Below are positions 1 through 12,875 of a stretch of DNA of 64,000 nt, piece by piece. The notes beneath the pieces are model-generated. The model made no database searches. It was not told the DNA's origin and saw only the letters and a list, made by a program, of their open reading frames with translations. The translations under genes were made by a program, and so were the position numbers. Every line of letters begins with the position of its first letter. Within the stretch, counting starts at the first letter, position 1. The stretch comes from Escherichia coli (GTDB lineage: Bacteria; Pseudomonadota; Gammaproteobacteria; Enterobacterales; Enterobacteriaceae): NCBI RefSeq assembly GCF_003991155.1, contig NZ_CP031293.1; one strand, 5' to 3'.

Positions 1-517
1 CGTTGTTAACCCGGCAACCACTTCCTGACGGACAGTGCTTCCACGTTGTGAAATTTTAAACCAGGCGTCGAGTGAACCGCCGGTACGCGCTGATGGCGTA
101 GACATAAGAAAACATCCCCTGAGAGTTTAATTTTCGTCAAGATGCGTGGCGGACAATCCCCTGCCAGCGAAACGTTATCTTCCTGCTCCAGGTTTGCGAC
201 AAATTGGTGCGTCGCAAAAAAGCAAACGTTTAGCTCCGCGCATACAAAACGGGTGGTAAAAAAAGCAAACGATTATCCGGCGATCATAGCGGCTTTTTCA
301 ACCGAAGTTTGCTGCTTTTTTCTCTTTTATTGTCTTGACGATGAAAAACCAGGCAATTGATGCGCAAACGTTATCGTCGATGCGCAAGATTGCAGCGTTA
401 TCGAACCGTATACCGTTCAGGATTGCGATAAAAAATCGTCTGAGATGACAAAAATATTGCGGCTAAAAAGTGTACTTTTACACTGGCGAAGAAACGCCGG
501 TGACATACAATTAAAGC

Positions 518-657
518 ATCAACACCAACCGGAACCTCCACCACGTGCTCGAATGAGGTGTGTTGACGTCGGGGGAAACCCTCCTGTGTACCAGCGGGAT
601 AGAGAGAAAGACAAAGACCGGAAAACAAACTAAAGCGCCCTTGTGGCGCTTTAGTTT
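518..657 (+). ncRNA. ryjA: Possible RyjA-like small RNA convergent with the soxR 3' end
   Basis: Position recalled from K-12, where RyjA overlaps the soxR 3' end on the opposite strand; the region ends in a long perfect hairpin at 624-661. Not verifiable from sequence alone. Confidence 0.3.
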
Positions 658-661
658 TGTT
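624..661. terminator. Long perfect inverted repeat, bidirectional terminator at the soxR 3' end
   Basis: aacaaactaaagcgcc / ggcgctttagttttgtt inverted repeat with a 5-nt loop, flanked by A/T runs. Confidence 0.6.
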
Positions 662-1115
662 CATCTTCCAGCAAGCGTGCGCCTGTGCCTTCTTCTCCTA
701 AGCGGTCGCCCGGGTTACGCAATGGGCAATCACTGCGCGAAAGGCAGCCACAACCAATACATCCGTCCAGTTCGTCACGCAGCGCCACTAAGGTATGAAT
801 GCGCCGATCCAACTCTTCTCGCCATTGGGACGAAAGCTGTTTCCACTCTTTCGCACTTAATGTATGCCCTTCGGGCAACACGCCAAATGCTTCACGAATG
901 GTCGCCAGCGGAATGCCAATACGCTGAGCAATTTTGATGATTGCGACATATCGCAACACATCACGTTTATATCGCCGCTGATTGCCGCTATTACGGACAC
1001 TGGTAATCAACCCTTTGCTTTCATAGAAATGCAGCGCCGATACCGCCACACCGCTGCGTTTCGCCACTTCGCCGGGGGTTAGCAGCGCTTTAATGCGGGG
1101 TAATTTCTTTTCCAT
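651..1115 (-). CDS. soxR: Redox-sensitive MerR-family transcriptional activator SoxR
   Basis: 154-aa ORF; C-terminal [12 protein letters not shown] [2Fe-2S] cysteine cluster; MerR-type HTH; divergent from soxS. Confidence 0.95.
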   Translation of the reverse strand: MEKKLPRIKALLTPGEVAKRSGVAVSALHFYESKGLITSVRNSGNQRRYKRDVLRYVAIIKIAQRIGIPLATIREAFGVLPEGHTLSAKEWKQLSSQWREELDRRIHTLVALRDELDGCIGCGCLSRSDCPLRNPGDRLGEEGTGARLLEDEQN

Positions 1116-1126
1116 AAATCGCTTTA

Positions 1127-1144
1127 CCTCAAGTTAACTTGAGG
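1127..1144. promoter_or_regulatory. SoxR-binding palindrome in the soxS promoter
   Basis: Perfect palindrome cctcaagttaacttgagg in the soxR-soxS intergenic region. Confidence 0.8.
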
Positions 1145-1200
1145 AATTATACTCCCCAACAGATGAATTAACGAACTGAACACTGAAAAGAGGCAGATTT

Positions 1201-1524
1201 ATGTCCCATCAGAAAATTATTCAGGATCTTATCGCATGGATTGACGAGCATATTGACCAGCCACTTAACATTGATGTCGTCGCAAAAAAATCAGGCTATT
1301 CAAAGTGGTACCTGCAACGGATGTTCCGCACGGTGACGCATCAGACACTTGGTGATTACATTCGCCAACGCCGCCTGTTACTGGCCGCCGTTGAGTTGCG
1401 CACCACCGAGCGTCCGATTTTTGATATCGCAATGGACCTGGGTTATGTCTCGCAGCAGACCTTCTCCCGCGTTTTCCGTCGGCAGTTTGATCGCACTCCA
1501 AGCGATTATCGCCACCGCCTGTAG
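1201..1524 (+). CDS. soxS: AraC-family superoxide response regulator SoxS
   Basis: 107-aa ORF with AraC-type HTH; divergent from soxR. Confidence 0.95.
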   Translation: MSHQKIIQDLIAWIDEHIDQPLNIDVVAKKSGYSKWYLQRMFRTVTHQTLGDYIRQRRLLLAAVELRTTERPIFDIAMDLGYVSQQTFSRVFRRQFDRTPSDYRHRL

Positions 1525-1526
1525 TT

Positions 1527-3113
1527 TTATTGCCCGCGCGTTAACTCCCGCGCGGGTAATTGCTCCATCCATTGCATAAACACCTGCGGCGGCATCGCCT
1601 TCGCAAAGAACCATCCCTGGCAATAGCGCACGCCGCGTTTGCGCAGCCAGTTAACCTGTTCCTCAGTTTCGACGCCTTCAGCGATCGTTTTTAACCCCAG
1701 ACTGTGCGCCAGCTCGATGATGTGTTCCGCAATCAAATGACTGGTTTTATGGGTGGTCAGCGTCTCAACAAACGATTTATCGATTTTCAAAATATCGACA
1801 TTCAATGATTTAAGGTTATGCAAGTTAGAGTAGCCAATACCAAAATCATCAATTGCCACTTCGTAACCAGCCTGGCGGAAAGCCAGAATAATTGGTGTCA
1901 TTTTGTCGACATCAAGAAATGCATGTTCAGTCACTTCAAATTTAATTTGCTGTGGACGCACCGCGTATTGCTCTGTTTTCTGATTGGTTCGCGCTATCAA
2001 CCGTGACGTATGAAAATCGGAGGCCGACAGGTTAATAGAAACATAGCGATCGGCATGTGTTGCCAGGTATGCGCCCAGATCGCGGAAGACATTATCAATA
2101 ACATAATCAGTTACCTGTCCGATCATCCCCTCCTTTTCTGCCAGCGGAATAAACTCTGCCGGATTCATTACTTGCCCCTGCTCACCAGGCCAACGTAACA
2201 ATGCTTCAGCCCCGATACATTTTTCTGTTTTGATATCGATTATTGGCTGGTAATAAAGGCAAAGTTGATGTTTTTCGAGGGCGCGTTGCAATTTGCGTTT
2301 GGGAGACAAATAGTTTTGTCGAATACGTAGCCAGAGTAATAGCAGAACAAGACTCCCCAAAATACCGGCGGGTAACGCAAAAATAAGATGATTATAAAAA
2401 TGCGCTATAAGACGTTGATATGAAGTCGCAACAATGGCCGCAATTGGGCGTTTTGTCGAATAAACTGTCGCATATAAATAGCCATTTCTTTGTACAGTTA
2501 AATCCTTCAAATGAATCAGTGGAGAAAACGTTGCTGCCGAGGCCTCGTTGCTTAACGAGAAAAAGGTTTTCGTTACCGTATCATATACACCCCATTGCAA
2601 TGTCGGATCATCAGACATCACTTCACTCCAGAAGAGAGGGTTGATGACCGCCACATAATTTCCCCGCTGCATATAGGTCATTTTATAGCCAGAGAAAAAA
2701 GGCGTATCGCGGTAATAATAGATAGAAACGTTAGGTTCACGCTTATAATCGGCCGGTGCAATCGTATAGCCGTTTAAAGGCGCTATCAGCGATGAGCATA
2801 AAAAATGGTTATCACGGGCATAGATCAATTCATTAATATAAAGATAGCCACGAATAATATTCAACAATCGCTTTTGATGGGCTGGAGTGCAAACTTGCCC
2901 CTGATAGCGTTCAGCTGCATCGCTCACTAAATCTGCCTGACGAATGACCAGCTCAGATTTATCCAACGCCAGCTGAGCAAAGGTTCGGAGCTGATTATTC
3001 ACTTCTGATTTTGCCCAAAAGAAGGCAATCCATAGCGAAAGAATGATGGGAAAGAGAACTAAAAAGATAATGCCCGGCAACGCCAGTAATTGGTGTCGTG
3101 CACGATGACTCAT
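1527..3113 (-). CDS. pdeC: c-di-GMP phosphodiesterase PdeC (CSS sensor domain + EAL)
   Basis: ORF 1527-3122; ATG at 3113 gives 528 aa; two TM segments flank a periplasmic domain; C-terminal EAL motifs (EALLRW, QPI). Confidence 0.9.
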
Positions 3114-3542
3114 TGCTATCAATTTCCTGCCTGTTTATACCCGGTCATTGCAAGGCGAGAACCCTGGTTATCGACGTCTTTAGATAAATCTTACGGTATA
3201 AATAGCACTTTTGCCTGATTTGAAATTGATACCTTTTTAATCGTCACCTGAATAAAAATAATTCATTGATATTCAAAACTAATTTCCTACAGGAATGCAG
3301 AGGCGGTGGGAAGATATACCCTTAATGCCGCTGAAAAAACACATAATCTGTACGGCAATAAAAGTCACGGCCTAATCTGGCTAACAAACAATCAATTGTG
3401 ATATAGTTCACAAAATTAATGAAACAAACAGAGTGTTTCTTTTTTGTGTTCTGCAAGCCCCGCGATAGCCAGAGTGTATCACGCCTCCCGTGAACAACGC
3501 CGCGCTGTCCGAGGCATCGGCTCTTTTCAGAGGAATTGTTTG

Positions 3543-3824
3543 ATGGCTACCCTCACCACTGGCGTGGTTCTTCTTCGCTGGCAACTTCTTAGTGCCGTAA
3601 TGATGTTTCTGGCCAGCACACTCAACATCCGTTTTCGTCGGTCTGATTATGTCGGGCTTGCAGTGATCAGCAGCGGTCTGGGCGTGGTTTCCGCCTGCTG
3701 GTTCGCAATGGGGTTGCTTGGCATCACAATGGCGGATATCACCGCCATCTGGCACAACATCGAGTCGGTGATGATAGAAGAGATGAATCAGACACCGCCA
3801 CAATGGCCAATGATTTTGACTTGA
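3543..3824 (+). CDS. yjcB: Small inner-membrane protein YjcB
   Basis: ATG at 3543 gives 93 aa, hydrophobic; position between pdeC and ssb. Confidence 0.7.
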   Translation: MATLTTGVVLLRWQLLSAVMMFLASTLNIRFRRSDYVGLAVISSGLGVVSACWFAMGLLGITMADITAIWHNIESVMIEEMNQTPPQWPMILT

Positions 3825-3830
3825 TATGTA

Positions 3831-3860
3831 GAAGCCTCCAAAACGGAGGCTTCTTTTTTA
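3831..3860. terminator. Rho-independent terminator between yjcB and ssb
   Basis: gaagcctcc / ggaggcttc stem followed by a T-run. Confidence 0.8.
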
Positions 3861-3922
3861 TGGCTGGCAGATGCTTTAATCATCCACCTTAAAACAATAT
3901 ACCCTATTGTTTTAAAGACAAA

Positions 3923-4459
3923 TCAGAACGGAATATCGTCATCAAAGTCCATCGGCGGCTCGTTAGACGGCGCTGCCGGAGCGGACTGCTGCGGGCGAGA
4001 CTGCGCGCCGCCGCTGAACTGATTGCCACCCTGCGGCTGCTGAGGCTGACCCCAACCGCCCTGCGGCTGACCACCACCGATATTGCCACCTGCAGGAGCG
4101 CCACCACCCTGACGACCACCCAACATCTGCATGGTGCCGCCAACGTTCACCACGACTTCTGTGGTGTAGCGATCCTGACCGGATTGATCGGTCCATTTGC
4201 GGGTACGCAGCTGACCTTCGATATAAACCTGAGAACCTTTACGCAGATATTCGCTGGCTACTTCTGCCAGTTTGCCGAACAGCACAACGCGGTGCCATTC
4301 AGTCTGCTCTTTCATCTCGCCGGTCGCTTTGTCACGCCAGGATTCGGAAGTAGCCAGCGTAATGTTGGCAACTGCGCCACCATTTGGCATGTAGCGTACT
4401 TCCGGGTCCTGACCCAGATTACCAACGAGAATAACCTTGTTTACGCCTCTGCTGGCCAT
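3923..4459 (-). CDS. ssb: Single-stranded DNA-binding protein SSB
   Basis: 178 aa; OB-fold N-terminus, Gly/Gln/Pro-rich tail ending DFDDDIPF. Confidence 0.97.
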   Translation of the reverse strand: MASRGVNKVILVGNLGQDPEVRYMPNGGAVANITLATSESWRDKATGEMKEQTEWHRVVLFGKLAEVASEYLRKGSQVYIEGQLRTRKWTDQSGQDRYTTEVVVNVGGTMQMLGGRQGGGAPAGGNIGGGQPQGGWGQPQQPQGGNQFSGGAQSRPQQSAPAAPSNEPPMDFDDDIPF

Positions 4460-4610
4460 GTTCGTGTCTCCTGAAAAAAAATCGTTCTGAATAAGTGTAA
4501 ACGCGCGATTGTACCATTACCAATAGCGCTTTTACTATGTTGTGACCTCGGTTCCGGGAAACAAACCTGGCCAGACATTGTTACACAACACTCCGGGTAA
4601 TGCATTCCAA

Positions 4611-4630
4611 TACTGTATATTCATTCAGGT
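4611..4630. promoter_or_regulatory. LexA (SOS) box in the ssb-uvrA divergent control region
   Basis: tactgtatattcattcaggt, a CTGT-N8-CAG match to the LexA consensus. Confidence 0.85.
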
Positions 4631-4713
4631 CAATTTGTGTCATAATTAACCGTTTGTGATCGCCGGTAGCACCATGCCACCGGGCAAAAAAGCGTTTAAT
4701 CCGGGAAAGGTGA

Positions 4714-7536
4714 ATGGATAAGATCGAAGTTCGGGGCGCCCGCACCCATAATCTCAAAAACATCAACCTCGTTATCCCCCGCGACAAGCTCATTGTCGTG
4801 ACCGGGCTTTCGGGTTCTGGCAAATCCTCGCTCGCTTTCGACACCTTATATGCCGAAGGGCAGCGCCGTTACGTTGAATCCCTTTCCGCCTACGCGCGGC
4901 AGTTTCTGTCACTGATGGAAAAGCCGGACGTCGATCATATTGAGGGGCTTTCTCCTGCCATCTCAATTGAGCAGAAATCAACGTCTCATAACCCGCGTTC
5001 TACGGTGGGGACAATCACCGAAATCCACGACTATTTGCGTTTGTTGTTCGCCCGCGTCGGCGAGCCGCGCTGTCCGGACCACGACGTCCCGCTGGCGGCG
5101 CAAACCGTCAGCCAGATGGTGGATAACGTGCTGTCACAGCCGGAAGGCAAGCGTCTGATGCTGCTTGCGCCAATCATTAAAGAGCGCAAAGGCGAACACA
5201 CCAAAACGCTGGAGAACCTGGCAAGCCAAGGTTACATCCGTGCTCGTATTGATGGCGAAGTCTGCGATCTTTCCGATCCGCCGAAACTGGAACTGCAAAA
5301 GAAACACACTATTGAAGTGGTGGTTGATCGCTTCAAGGTGCGTGACGATCTTACCCAACGTCTGGCCGAGTCGTTTGAAACCGCGCTAGAGCTTTCCGGT
5401 GGTACCGCGGTAGTGGCGGATATGGACGACCCGAAAGCGGAAGAGCTGCTGTTCTCCGCCAACTTCGCCTGCCCAATTTGCGGTTACAGTATGCGCGAGC
5501 TGGAGCCGCGACTGTTTTCGTTTAACAACCCGGCGGGGGCCTGCCCGACCTGCGACGGCCTTGGCGTACAGCAATATTTCGATCCTGACCGCGTGATCCA
5601 GAATCCGGAACTGTCGCTGGCTGGCGGTGCGATCCGTGGCTGGGATCGCCGCAACTTCTATTATTTCCAGATGCTGAAATCGCTGGCAGATCACTATAAG
5701 TTCGACGTCGAAGCGCCGTGGGGCAGCCTGAGCGCGAACGTGCATAAAGTGGTGTTGTACGGTTCTGGCAAAGAAAACATTGAATTCAAATACATGAACG
5801 ATCGTGGCGATACCTCCATTCGTCGTCATCCGTTTGAAGGCGTGCTGCACAATATGGAGCGCCGTTATAAAGAGACGGAGTCCAGCGCGGTACGCGAAGA
5901 ATTAGCCAAGTTCATCAGCAATCGCCCGTGCGCCAGCTGCGAAGGGACGCGTCTGCGTCGGGAAGCGCGCCACGTGTATGTCGAGAATACGCCGCTGCCC
6001 GCCATTTCCGACATGAGCATTGGTCATGCGATGGAATTCTTCAACAATCTCAAACTCGCAGGTCAGCGGGCGAAGATTGCGGAAAAAATTCTTAAAGAGA
6101 TCGGCGATCGTTTGAAATTCCTCGTTAACGTCGGCCTGAATTACCTGACGCTTTCCCGCTCGGCAGAAACGCTTTCTGGCGGTGAAGCCCAGCGTATTCG
6201 TCTGGCGAGCCAGATTGGTGCGGGCCTGGTTGGCGTTATGTACGTGCTGGATGAGCCGTCTATCGGCCTGCACCAGCGCGATAACGAGCGCCTGTTGGGT
6301 ACGCTTATCCATCTGCGCGATCTCGGTAATACCGTGATTGTGGTGGAGCACGACGAAGACGCGATTCGCGCGGCTGACCATGTGATCGATATCGGTCCTG
6401 GTGCGGGTGTTCACGGCGGTGAAGTGGTCGCGGAAGGTCCACTGGAAGCGATTATGGCGGTGCCGGAGTCGTTGACCGGACAGTACATGAGCGGTAAACG
6501 CAAGATTGAAGTGCCGAAGAAACGCGTTCCGGCGAATCCGGAAAAAGTGCTGAAGCTGACGGGTGCACGCGGTAATAACCTGAAAGACGTGACGCTAACG
6601 CTGCCAGTCGGTCTGTTTACCTGCATCACAGGGGTTTCAGGTTCCGGTAAATCGACACTGATTAACGACACACTGTTCCCGATTGCCCAACGCCAGTTGA
6701 ATGGTGCGACCATCGCCGAACCGGCACCGTATCGCGATATTCAGGGGCTGGAGCATTTCGATAAAGTGATCGATATCGACCAAAGCCCAATTGGTCGTAC
6801 TCCGCGTTCTAACCCAGCGACCTATACCGGCGTGTTTACGCCTGTGCGCGAACTGTTTGCGGGCGTACCGGAATCCCGTGCGCGCGGCTATACGCCGGGA
6901 CGTTTCAGCTTTAACGTCCGTGGCGGACGCTGCGAAGCCTGTCAGGGCGACGGCGTGATCAAAGTGGAGATGCACTTCCTGCCGGACATTTACGTACCGT
7001 GCGACCAGTGTAAAGGTAAACGCTATAACCGTGAAACGCTGGAAATTAAGTACAAAGGCAAAACCATCCACGAAGTGCTGGATATGACCATCGAAGAGGC
7101 GCGTGAGTTCTTTGATGCCGTACCTGCACTGGCGCGTAAGCTGCAAACGTTGATGGACGTTGGCCTGACGTACATTCGCCTGGGGCAGTCCGCAACCACC
7201 CTTTCAGGCGGTGAAGCCCAGCGCGTGAAGCTGGCGCGTGAGCTGTCAAAACGCGGCACCGGGCAGACACTGTATATTCTCGACGAGCCGACCACCGGTC
7301 TGCACTTCGCCGATATTCAGCAACTGCTCGACGTACTGCATAAACTGCGCGATCAGGGCAATACCATTGTGGTGATTGAACACAATCTCGACGTGATCAA
7401 AACCGCTGACTGGATTGTCGACCTGGGACCGGAAGGCGGCAGTGGCGGCGGCGAGATCCTCGTCTCCGGTACGCCAGAAACCGTCGCGGAGTGCGAAGCT
7501 TCGCATACGGCACGCTTCCTCAAGCCGATGCTGTAA
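4714..7536 (+). CDS. uvrA: Excinuclease ABC subunit A (UvrA)
   Basis: 940 aa; two ABC ATPase modules with Walker A GLSGSGKS and GVSGSGKS; zinc-finger Cys clusters. Confidence 0.97.
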   Translation: MDKIEVRGARTHNLKNINLVIPRDKLIVVTGLSGSGKSSLAFDTLYAEGQRRYVESLSAYARQFLSLMEKPDVDHIEGLSPAISIEQKSTSHNPRSTVGTITEIHDYLRLLFARVGEPRCPDHDVPLAAQTVSQMVDNVLSQPEGKRLMLLAPIIKERKGEHTKTLENLASQGYIRARIDGEVCDLSDPPKLELQKKHTIEVVVDRFKVRDDLTQRLAESFETALELSGGTAVVADMDDPKAEELLFSANFACPICGYSMRELEPRLFSFNNPAGACPTCDGLGVQQYFDPDRVIQNPELSLAGGAIRGWDRRNFYYFQMLKSLADHYKFDVEAPWGSLSANVHKVVLYGSGKENIEFKYMNDRGDTSIRRHPFEGVLHNMERRYKETESSAVREELAKFISNRPCASCEGTRLRREARHVYVENTPLPAISDMSIGHAMEFFNNLKLAGQRAKIAEKILKEIGDRLKFLVNVGLNYLTLSRSAETLSGGEAQRIRLASQIGAGLVGVMYVLDEPSIGLHQRDNERLLGTLIHLRDLGNTVIVVEHDEDAIRAADHVIDIGPGAGVHGGEVVAEGPLEAIMAVPESLTGQYMSGKRKIEVPKKRVPANPEKVLKLTGARGNNLKDVTLTLPVGLFTCITGVSGSGKSTLINDTLFPIAQRQLNGATIAEPAPYRDIQGLEHFDKVIDIDQSPIGRTPRSNPATYTGVFTPVRELFAGVPESRARGYTPGRFSFNVRGGRCEACQGDGVIKVEMHFLPDIYVPCDQCKGKRYNRETLEIKYKGKTIHEVLDMTIEEAREFFDAVPALARKLQTLMDVGLTYIRLGQSATTLSGGEAQRVKLARELSKRGTGQTLYILDEPTTGLHFADIQQLLDVLHKLRDQGNTIVVIEHNLDVIKTADWIVDLGPEGGSGGGEILVSGTPETVAECEASHTARFLKPML

Positions 7537-7541
7537 TCGTT

Positions 7542-7570
7542 AAGGCCGCTTTCTGAGCGGCCTTTTCCTT
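7542..7570. terminator. Hairpin terminator between uvrA and yjbR (convergent)
   Basis: aaggccgct / agcggcctt stem followed by a T-rich run. Confidence 0.7.
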
Positions 7571-7927
7571 TCAGAGTTGCACCAGCAATTTACGTTTTTC
7601 TTCCGGCAGCAAATTCACCGCCTGCTGATAAGACGCATCCACCAGATAATAGATTTGCGAATCTGGCAGCGAACCGTCGAGATACACGGTGCTCCAGTGC
7701 GCTTTATTCAGATGGCGGCTTGGACGCACATCGCTGTGCTGCTGACGTAGCAGCTCCGCCAGCTCCGGGCTGGTTTTCAGCGAAACCGCCGGGCGATTTT
7801 CTACTTCTTTCACCATCGCAAACAGTACATCTTCCACTTTGATCTGCGTCGCTTTCCAGTCGTTATGCACGCTCTGTTCTGCGCCTGGTTTTGCCATGCA
7901 ATATTGTAGCAACTCCGAAATGGTCAT
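7571..7927 (-). CDS. yjbR: YjbR family protein (MmcQ/YjbR-like)
   Basis: 118-aa ORF; conserved position and order. Confidence 0.85.
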   Translation of the reverse strand: MTISELLQYCMAKPGAEQSVHNDWKATQIKVEDVLFAMVKEVENRPAVSLKTSPELAELLRQQHSDVRPSRHLNKAHWSTVYLDGSLPDSQIYYLVDASYQQAVNLLPEEKRKLLVQL

Positions 7928-7930
7928 TTT

Positions 7931-8347
7931 TTACTCCCCTTGTAGTGTCGCGATAATGCGACGCGATCCGCCGTGGATGCGATGTTCCCCCAGCCAGATG
8001 CCTTGCCAGGTGCCGGTCTGAATACGCCCTTTATGCACCGGCAATACAAGCGATGTTCCCAGCATTGAGGATTTGATATGAGAAGGCATATCGTCTGCTC
8101 CCTCATAGTCATGCTCATAATTTCCGTTGTCGGGAACGGTGCGGAGGAAAAAACGCTCCATGTCGTGGCGTACGGTGGGATCGCAGTTCTCATTAAGTGT
8201 CAGAGAGGCGGAGGTATGTTGCAGCAACAGATGCAGTAAACCGATGTTAACGCGCGGCATATCAGCCAGCTGATTCAGAATTTCATCCGTTACCAGATGA
8301 AACCCACGAGATTTGGCGCTAAGCGTGAGCGTCTTTTGATACCACAT
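7931..8347 (-). CDS. yjbQ: YjbQ (UPF0047 family)
   Basis: 138-aa ORF immediately upstream of yjbR on the same strand. Confidence 0.85.
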
Positions 8348-8457
8348 GTGCTGCTCCTTGATAAAACTCTCTTAATCAGTTTGCAGCAAGACAGAGAAAG
8401 GATAAAGGTGTGATTAAAAAAACAGCATTCGGGAGAGTGTCACGCTCTCCCGCTCTG

Positions 8458-9360
<903 letters not shown>

Positions 9361-9532
9361 TCAATGAAGGATACATTAATTTTACGTTTATTATGATGAA
9401 TCCTCTGCAAATGAGCGAAATTTGATAGAACATTTATCTGCTGTACGATTTAATGAACTTAATGATACAGCATTACAAAAACAATCGAAGTTTATAAAGA
9501 TGATTTCTGGTTGACCAGAACCCTACCCTACA

Positions 9533-10075
9533 ATGGTGACTAATTTTATTACTCTCGAAGGAGATGATGATATGAATATATCATATGTGAATAGCAACAA
9601 AATGACATCTTTACCTGTTGAGCTAGATGCACTAAATAATAAAGATATCTCTTATTCCAAAGATTTTTCTTATGCCAAAGATTTCTTTTTATATATAGAA
9701 ACACAGTTAAAAATTGCAAAAGATTTTTGTAGACCTGGAGAAGAAGTATCAAGTTCTATTGCAAGTACAGTTTTTCATGCATTTATTGATTTAGTTAACA
9801 AAATCAGAGGCAAGAAAGATTGTATGTATATTTGCACACTTTGCTGTTTTGCCGAGGAGGTTAAAGGTGATTATTCTCATTACAGGACCTTTTTATTTGA
9901 TATTGGTAATCAATATAAGGTTAAACTTACACAAAGCGGAAAAAAAGAGTTCTCTTTAACATTAGAATTTAACGATACTATAATTGAATCTCAGAAAGTC
10001 ACAGGCAATAAGGCAAAGCATATTCTTGAGGATATAGAAATATTCTATCGTAACAAACCCGATACTTATTATTAA
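9533..10075 (+). CDS. Hypothetical protein in an AT-rich islet (yjbS locus)
   Basis: 180-aa ORF, Lys/Asn/Ile-rich, in visibly AT-rich sequence between aphA and tyrB; no recognisable domain. Confidence 0.4.
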   Translation: MVTNFITLEGDDDMNISYVNSNKMTSLPVELDALNNKDISYSKDFSYAKDFFLYIETQLKIAKDFCRPGEEVSSSIASTVFHAFIDLVNKIRGKKDCMYICTLCCFAEEVKGDYSHYRTFLFDIGNQYKVKLTQSGKKEFSLTLEFNDTIIESQKVTGNKAKHILEDIEIFYRNKPDTYY

Positions 10076-10297
10076 ATTTAATAATGGTTAGATGTGCAAA
10101 AATTATTACTCCACACGAAAAAACAGGGAAAGGAATTCCAGATAATTGGGATAAACTTAACAATAAAAGAACTGACAACCTTTTATTATCCCTCACGTAA
10201 AACGATGGCATCAAAAAAATCATCTATAAAGCAAGAGTGAAAGCGACGACAGTTTAATTTCACTGCAGGCTGGGTAGCTCCAGCCTGCTTTCCTGCA

Positions 10298-11491
10298 TTA
10301 CATCACCGCAGCAAACGCCTTTGCCACACGTTGTACATTTGCCGTATTTAACCCGGCGACACACATGCGCCCGCTGGTAATCAGGTAAACACCAAACTCC
10401 TCACGTAGTCGGTCAACCTGAGCGGCACTTAAACCGGTATAACTGAACATGCCGCGCTGATTAAGCAGATAATCGAAATTGCGTTCTGGCATCTCTGTGC
10501 TTAATACCTTCACCAGTTCCTGACGCATTGCCAAAATGCGAGTACGCATCTCTTCTACTTCCGCCAGCCAGCTGGCTTTCAATGCCTCGTCATTCAGCAC
10601 CGCTGCCACCACCTGCGCACCAAAATTCGGCGGGCTGGAGTAGTTGCGGCGAACTGTTGCTTTCAATTGCCCCAGTACGCGGTCTGCAGCTTCGGCATCT
10701 TCACACAGAACAGAAAGTCCGCCGACGCGCTCGCCGTAAAGGGAGAAAATTTTCGAGAACGAATTGCTCACCAGAGCGGGTAATCCAGCGCTGGCAATGG
10801 CGCGAATGGCGTAGGCATCCTCTTCCATACCGGCACCAAATCCTTGATAGGCAATATCAAGAAATGGGATAAGCTCGCGGGCTTTGAGAATTTCAATCAC
10901 CGCATCCCACTGGTTATTAGTGAGATCGGCACCCGTTGGGTTGTGGCAACATGGATGCAGCAACACAATACTGCGGGCAGGTAATGTTTTCAGCGTCGCC
11001 AACAGGTCATTAAAGCGCACGCCGTTAGTCGCTTCGTCATACCAGGGGTAAGTACTTACTTCGAATCCAGCCCCGGTGAATATTGCTACGTGGTTTTCCC
11101 AGGTAGGATCGCTGACCCAGACGCCTGATTCCGGGAAGTAGCGTTTCAGGAAATCTGCGCCCACTTTCAATGCCCCTGAGCCGCCAAGGGTTTGAATGGT
11201 TGCTACGCGCTGTTGTTGCAGTACCGGATGGTCCGCACCAAACAGCAGCGGCGCAATAGCATGGCGATAGCTGTTAAGCCCTTCCATCGGTAAATAAAGC
11301 GAAGCGCCATGAGGCTGCGCATTCAGGCGCGCTTCCGCATCCGCCACGGCTTTCAGTTGTGGAATAATTCCGTCTTCGTTGTAGTACAGACCGATACTTA
11401 AATTCACTTTGTCGCTGCGAGGGTCTTCTTTAAAACGCTCCATAAGCGTAAGAATCGGGTCGCCAGCGTAGGCGTCAACTTTTTGAAACAC
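10298..11491 (-). CDS. tyrB: Aromatic amino acid aminotransferase TyrB
   Basis: ORF extends to 11533; GTG at 11491 gives the 397-aa product starting [13 protein letters not shown]; PLP-lysine region [14 protein letters not shown]. Confidence 0.93.
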   Translation of the reverse strand: MFQKVDAYAGDPILTLMERFKEDPRSDKVNLSIGLYYNEDGIIPQLKAVADAEARLNAQPHGASLYLPMEGLNSYRHAIAPLLFGADHPVLQQQRVATIQTLGGSGALKVGADFLKRYFPESGVWVSDPTWENHVAIFTGAGFEVSTYPWYDEATNGVRFNDLLATLKTLPARSIVLLHPCCHNPTGADLTNNQWDAVIEILKARELIPFLDIAYQGFGAGMEEDAYAIRAIASAGLPALVSNSFSKIFSLYGERVGGLSVLCEDAEAADRVLGQLKATVRRNYSSPPNFGAQVVAAVLNDEALKASWLAEVEEMRTRILAMRQELVKVLSTEMPERNFDYLLNQRGMFSYTGLSAAQVDRLREEFGVYLITSGRMCVAGLNTANVQRVAKAFAAVM

Positions 11492-11743
11492 GCGATGGTT
11501 CTCCAGGTTTACGGGCAGGTGGTTAAAACACAATAAACCGGAAGAAGGCGAAGATCGAGTGGATGTTCAGGGGCGAACGGCAATTAGCAACAGAGTGAGA
11601 CTCATGACAAACGTACATCCGCCAGAGGCACGACCTTCATAAGAGCATGAAAGAAAATCAACTTATTGAATTGGTAGGATTTTATTGGCCGGATAAGGCA
11701 TTCACGCCGCATCCGGCACAGACAATCAAATATTACAGAACGA

Positions 11744-12823
11744 TTAATCCACGTATTTCATCGCGACCCTTGAAGTCAGGCGCGTGATAAGTTCGTAAGC
11801 GCTTACTTTCGTCATTTCAGCGATACGTTCTACGGGCAAACCTTCGCCCCATAAAATGACCGGGTCCCCGGCTTTATCCTGCGCCTGTGGACCTAAGTCG
11901 ACGCAGATCATATCCATCGCGACTCGCCCGACAATCGGCACTTCGCGACCGTTCACCAGCACTGGCGTACCGGACGGCGCGGCGCGCGGATAACCATCGC
12001 CATAACCCATCGCGACTACGCCCAGGCGGGTATCACGTTCGCTTACCCAGGTTCCACCATAACCGACAGGCTCTCCGGCTTTGTGCTCACGCACGGCAAT
12101 CAGGCTGGAGGTTAGTGACATCACTGGCTGACAGCCAAAATCGGCACCGGTGGAACGATCTTCCAGCGGCGAGACGCCGTAAAGAATGATGCCCGGACGC
12201 ACCCAGTCAAAATGCGACTGTGGCCACAGCAGAATGCCACCCGATGCGGCAATGGAACGTTGACCTGGTTTGCCTTCGCAAAAGGTATTAAAGATAGCGA
12301 GTTGTTTCTCGGTTGCGCCGCATTTTGGTTCATCCGCGCGCGCAAAATGGCTGACGATATTCACCGGCTGACGAACGTTTTTACACTGGGTCAGGCGATG
12401 ATAAAACGCCTCAGCCTGTTCCGGCCTTACGCCCAGACGGTGCATACCGGTATCGAGTTTCATCCAGACGGTAACCGGCTCGTCCAGGCTAGCCTCTTCC
12501 AGCGCAGCCAGCTGTTCTTCGTTATGCACGGCGGTATGAAAATGTTGCGCAGAAATCGTCGGCAGATCTCTGGCATCAAAAAAGCCTTCGAGTAACAGTA
12601 CAGGTTTGGTGATTCCCCCCGCACGCAGTCGCAGAGCTTCTTCGAGACGGGCTACGCCAAAGGCGTCAGCATCGGGGAGCGTTCGCGCGGTCTCAAGAAG
12701 ACCGTGACCATAAGCGTTCGCTTTCACCACCGCAACCATTTTACTGGCAGGTGCCAGTTCACGAAGACGTTGCAGGTTGTGTCGCAGAGCGCGGCGGTTA
12801 ATCACAACAGTTGCCGCTTGCAT
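11744..12823 (-). CDS. alr: Alanine racemase Alr (biosynthetic)
   Basis: 359 aa; PLP-binding N-terminus [10 protein letters not shown]. Confidence 0.95.
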
Positions 12824-12875
12824 TTGTGTTCCTTGATAAGTGTTTGCTTTAATTACCTAATTCATAAAATAATTA

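Noticed and set aside
1-400. Possible coding sequence at the window start (72-aa plus-strand ORF 142-360; possible truncated neighbour gene on the minus strand)
   Set aside because: Could not match either frame to a protein I recognise; left unannotated rather than guessed.
5386-5850. 154-aa minus-strand ORF (and several others) inside uvrA
   Set aside because: Lies entirely antisense within the well-supported uvrA reading frame; typical spurious ORF in GC-rich coding DNA.
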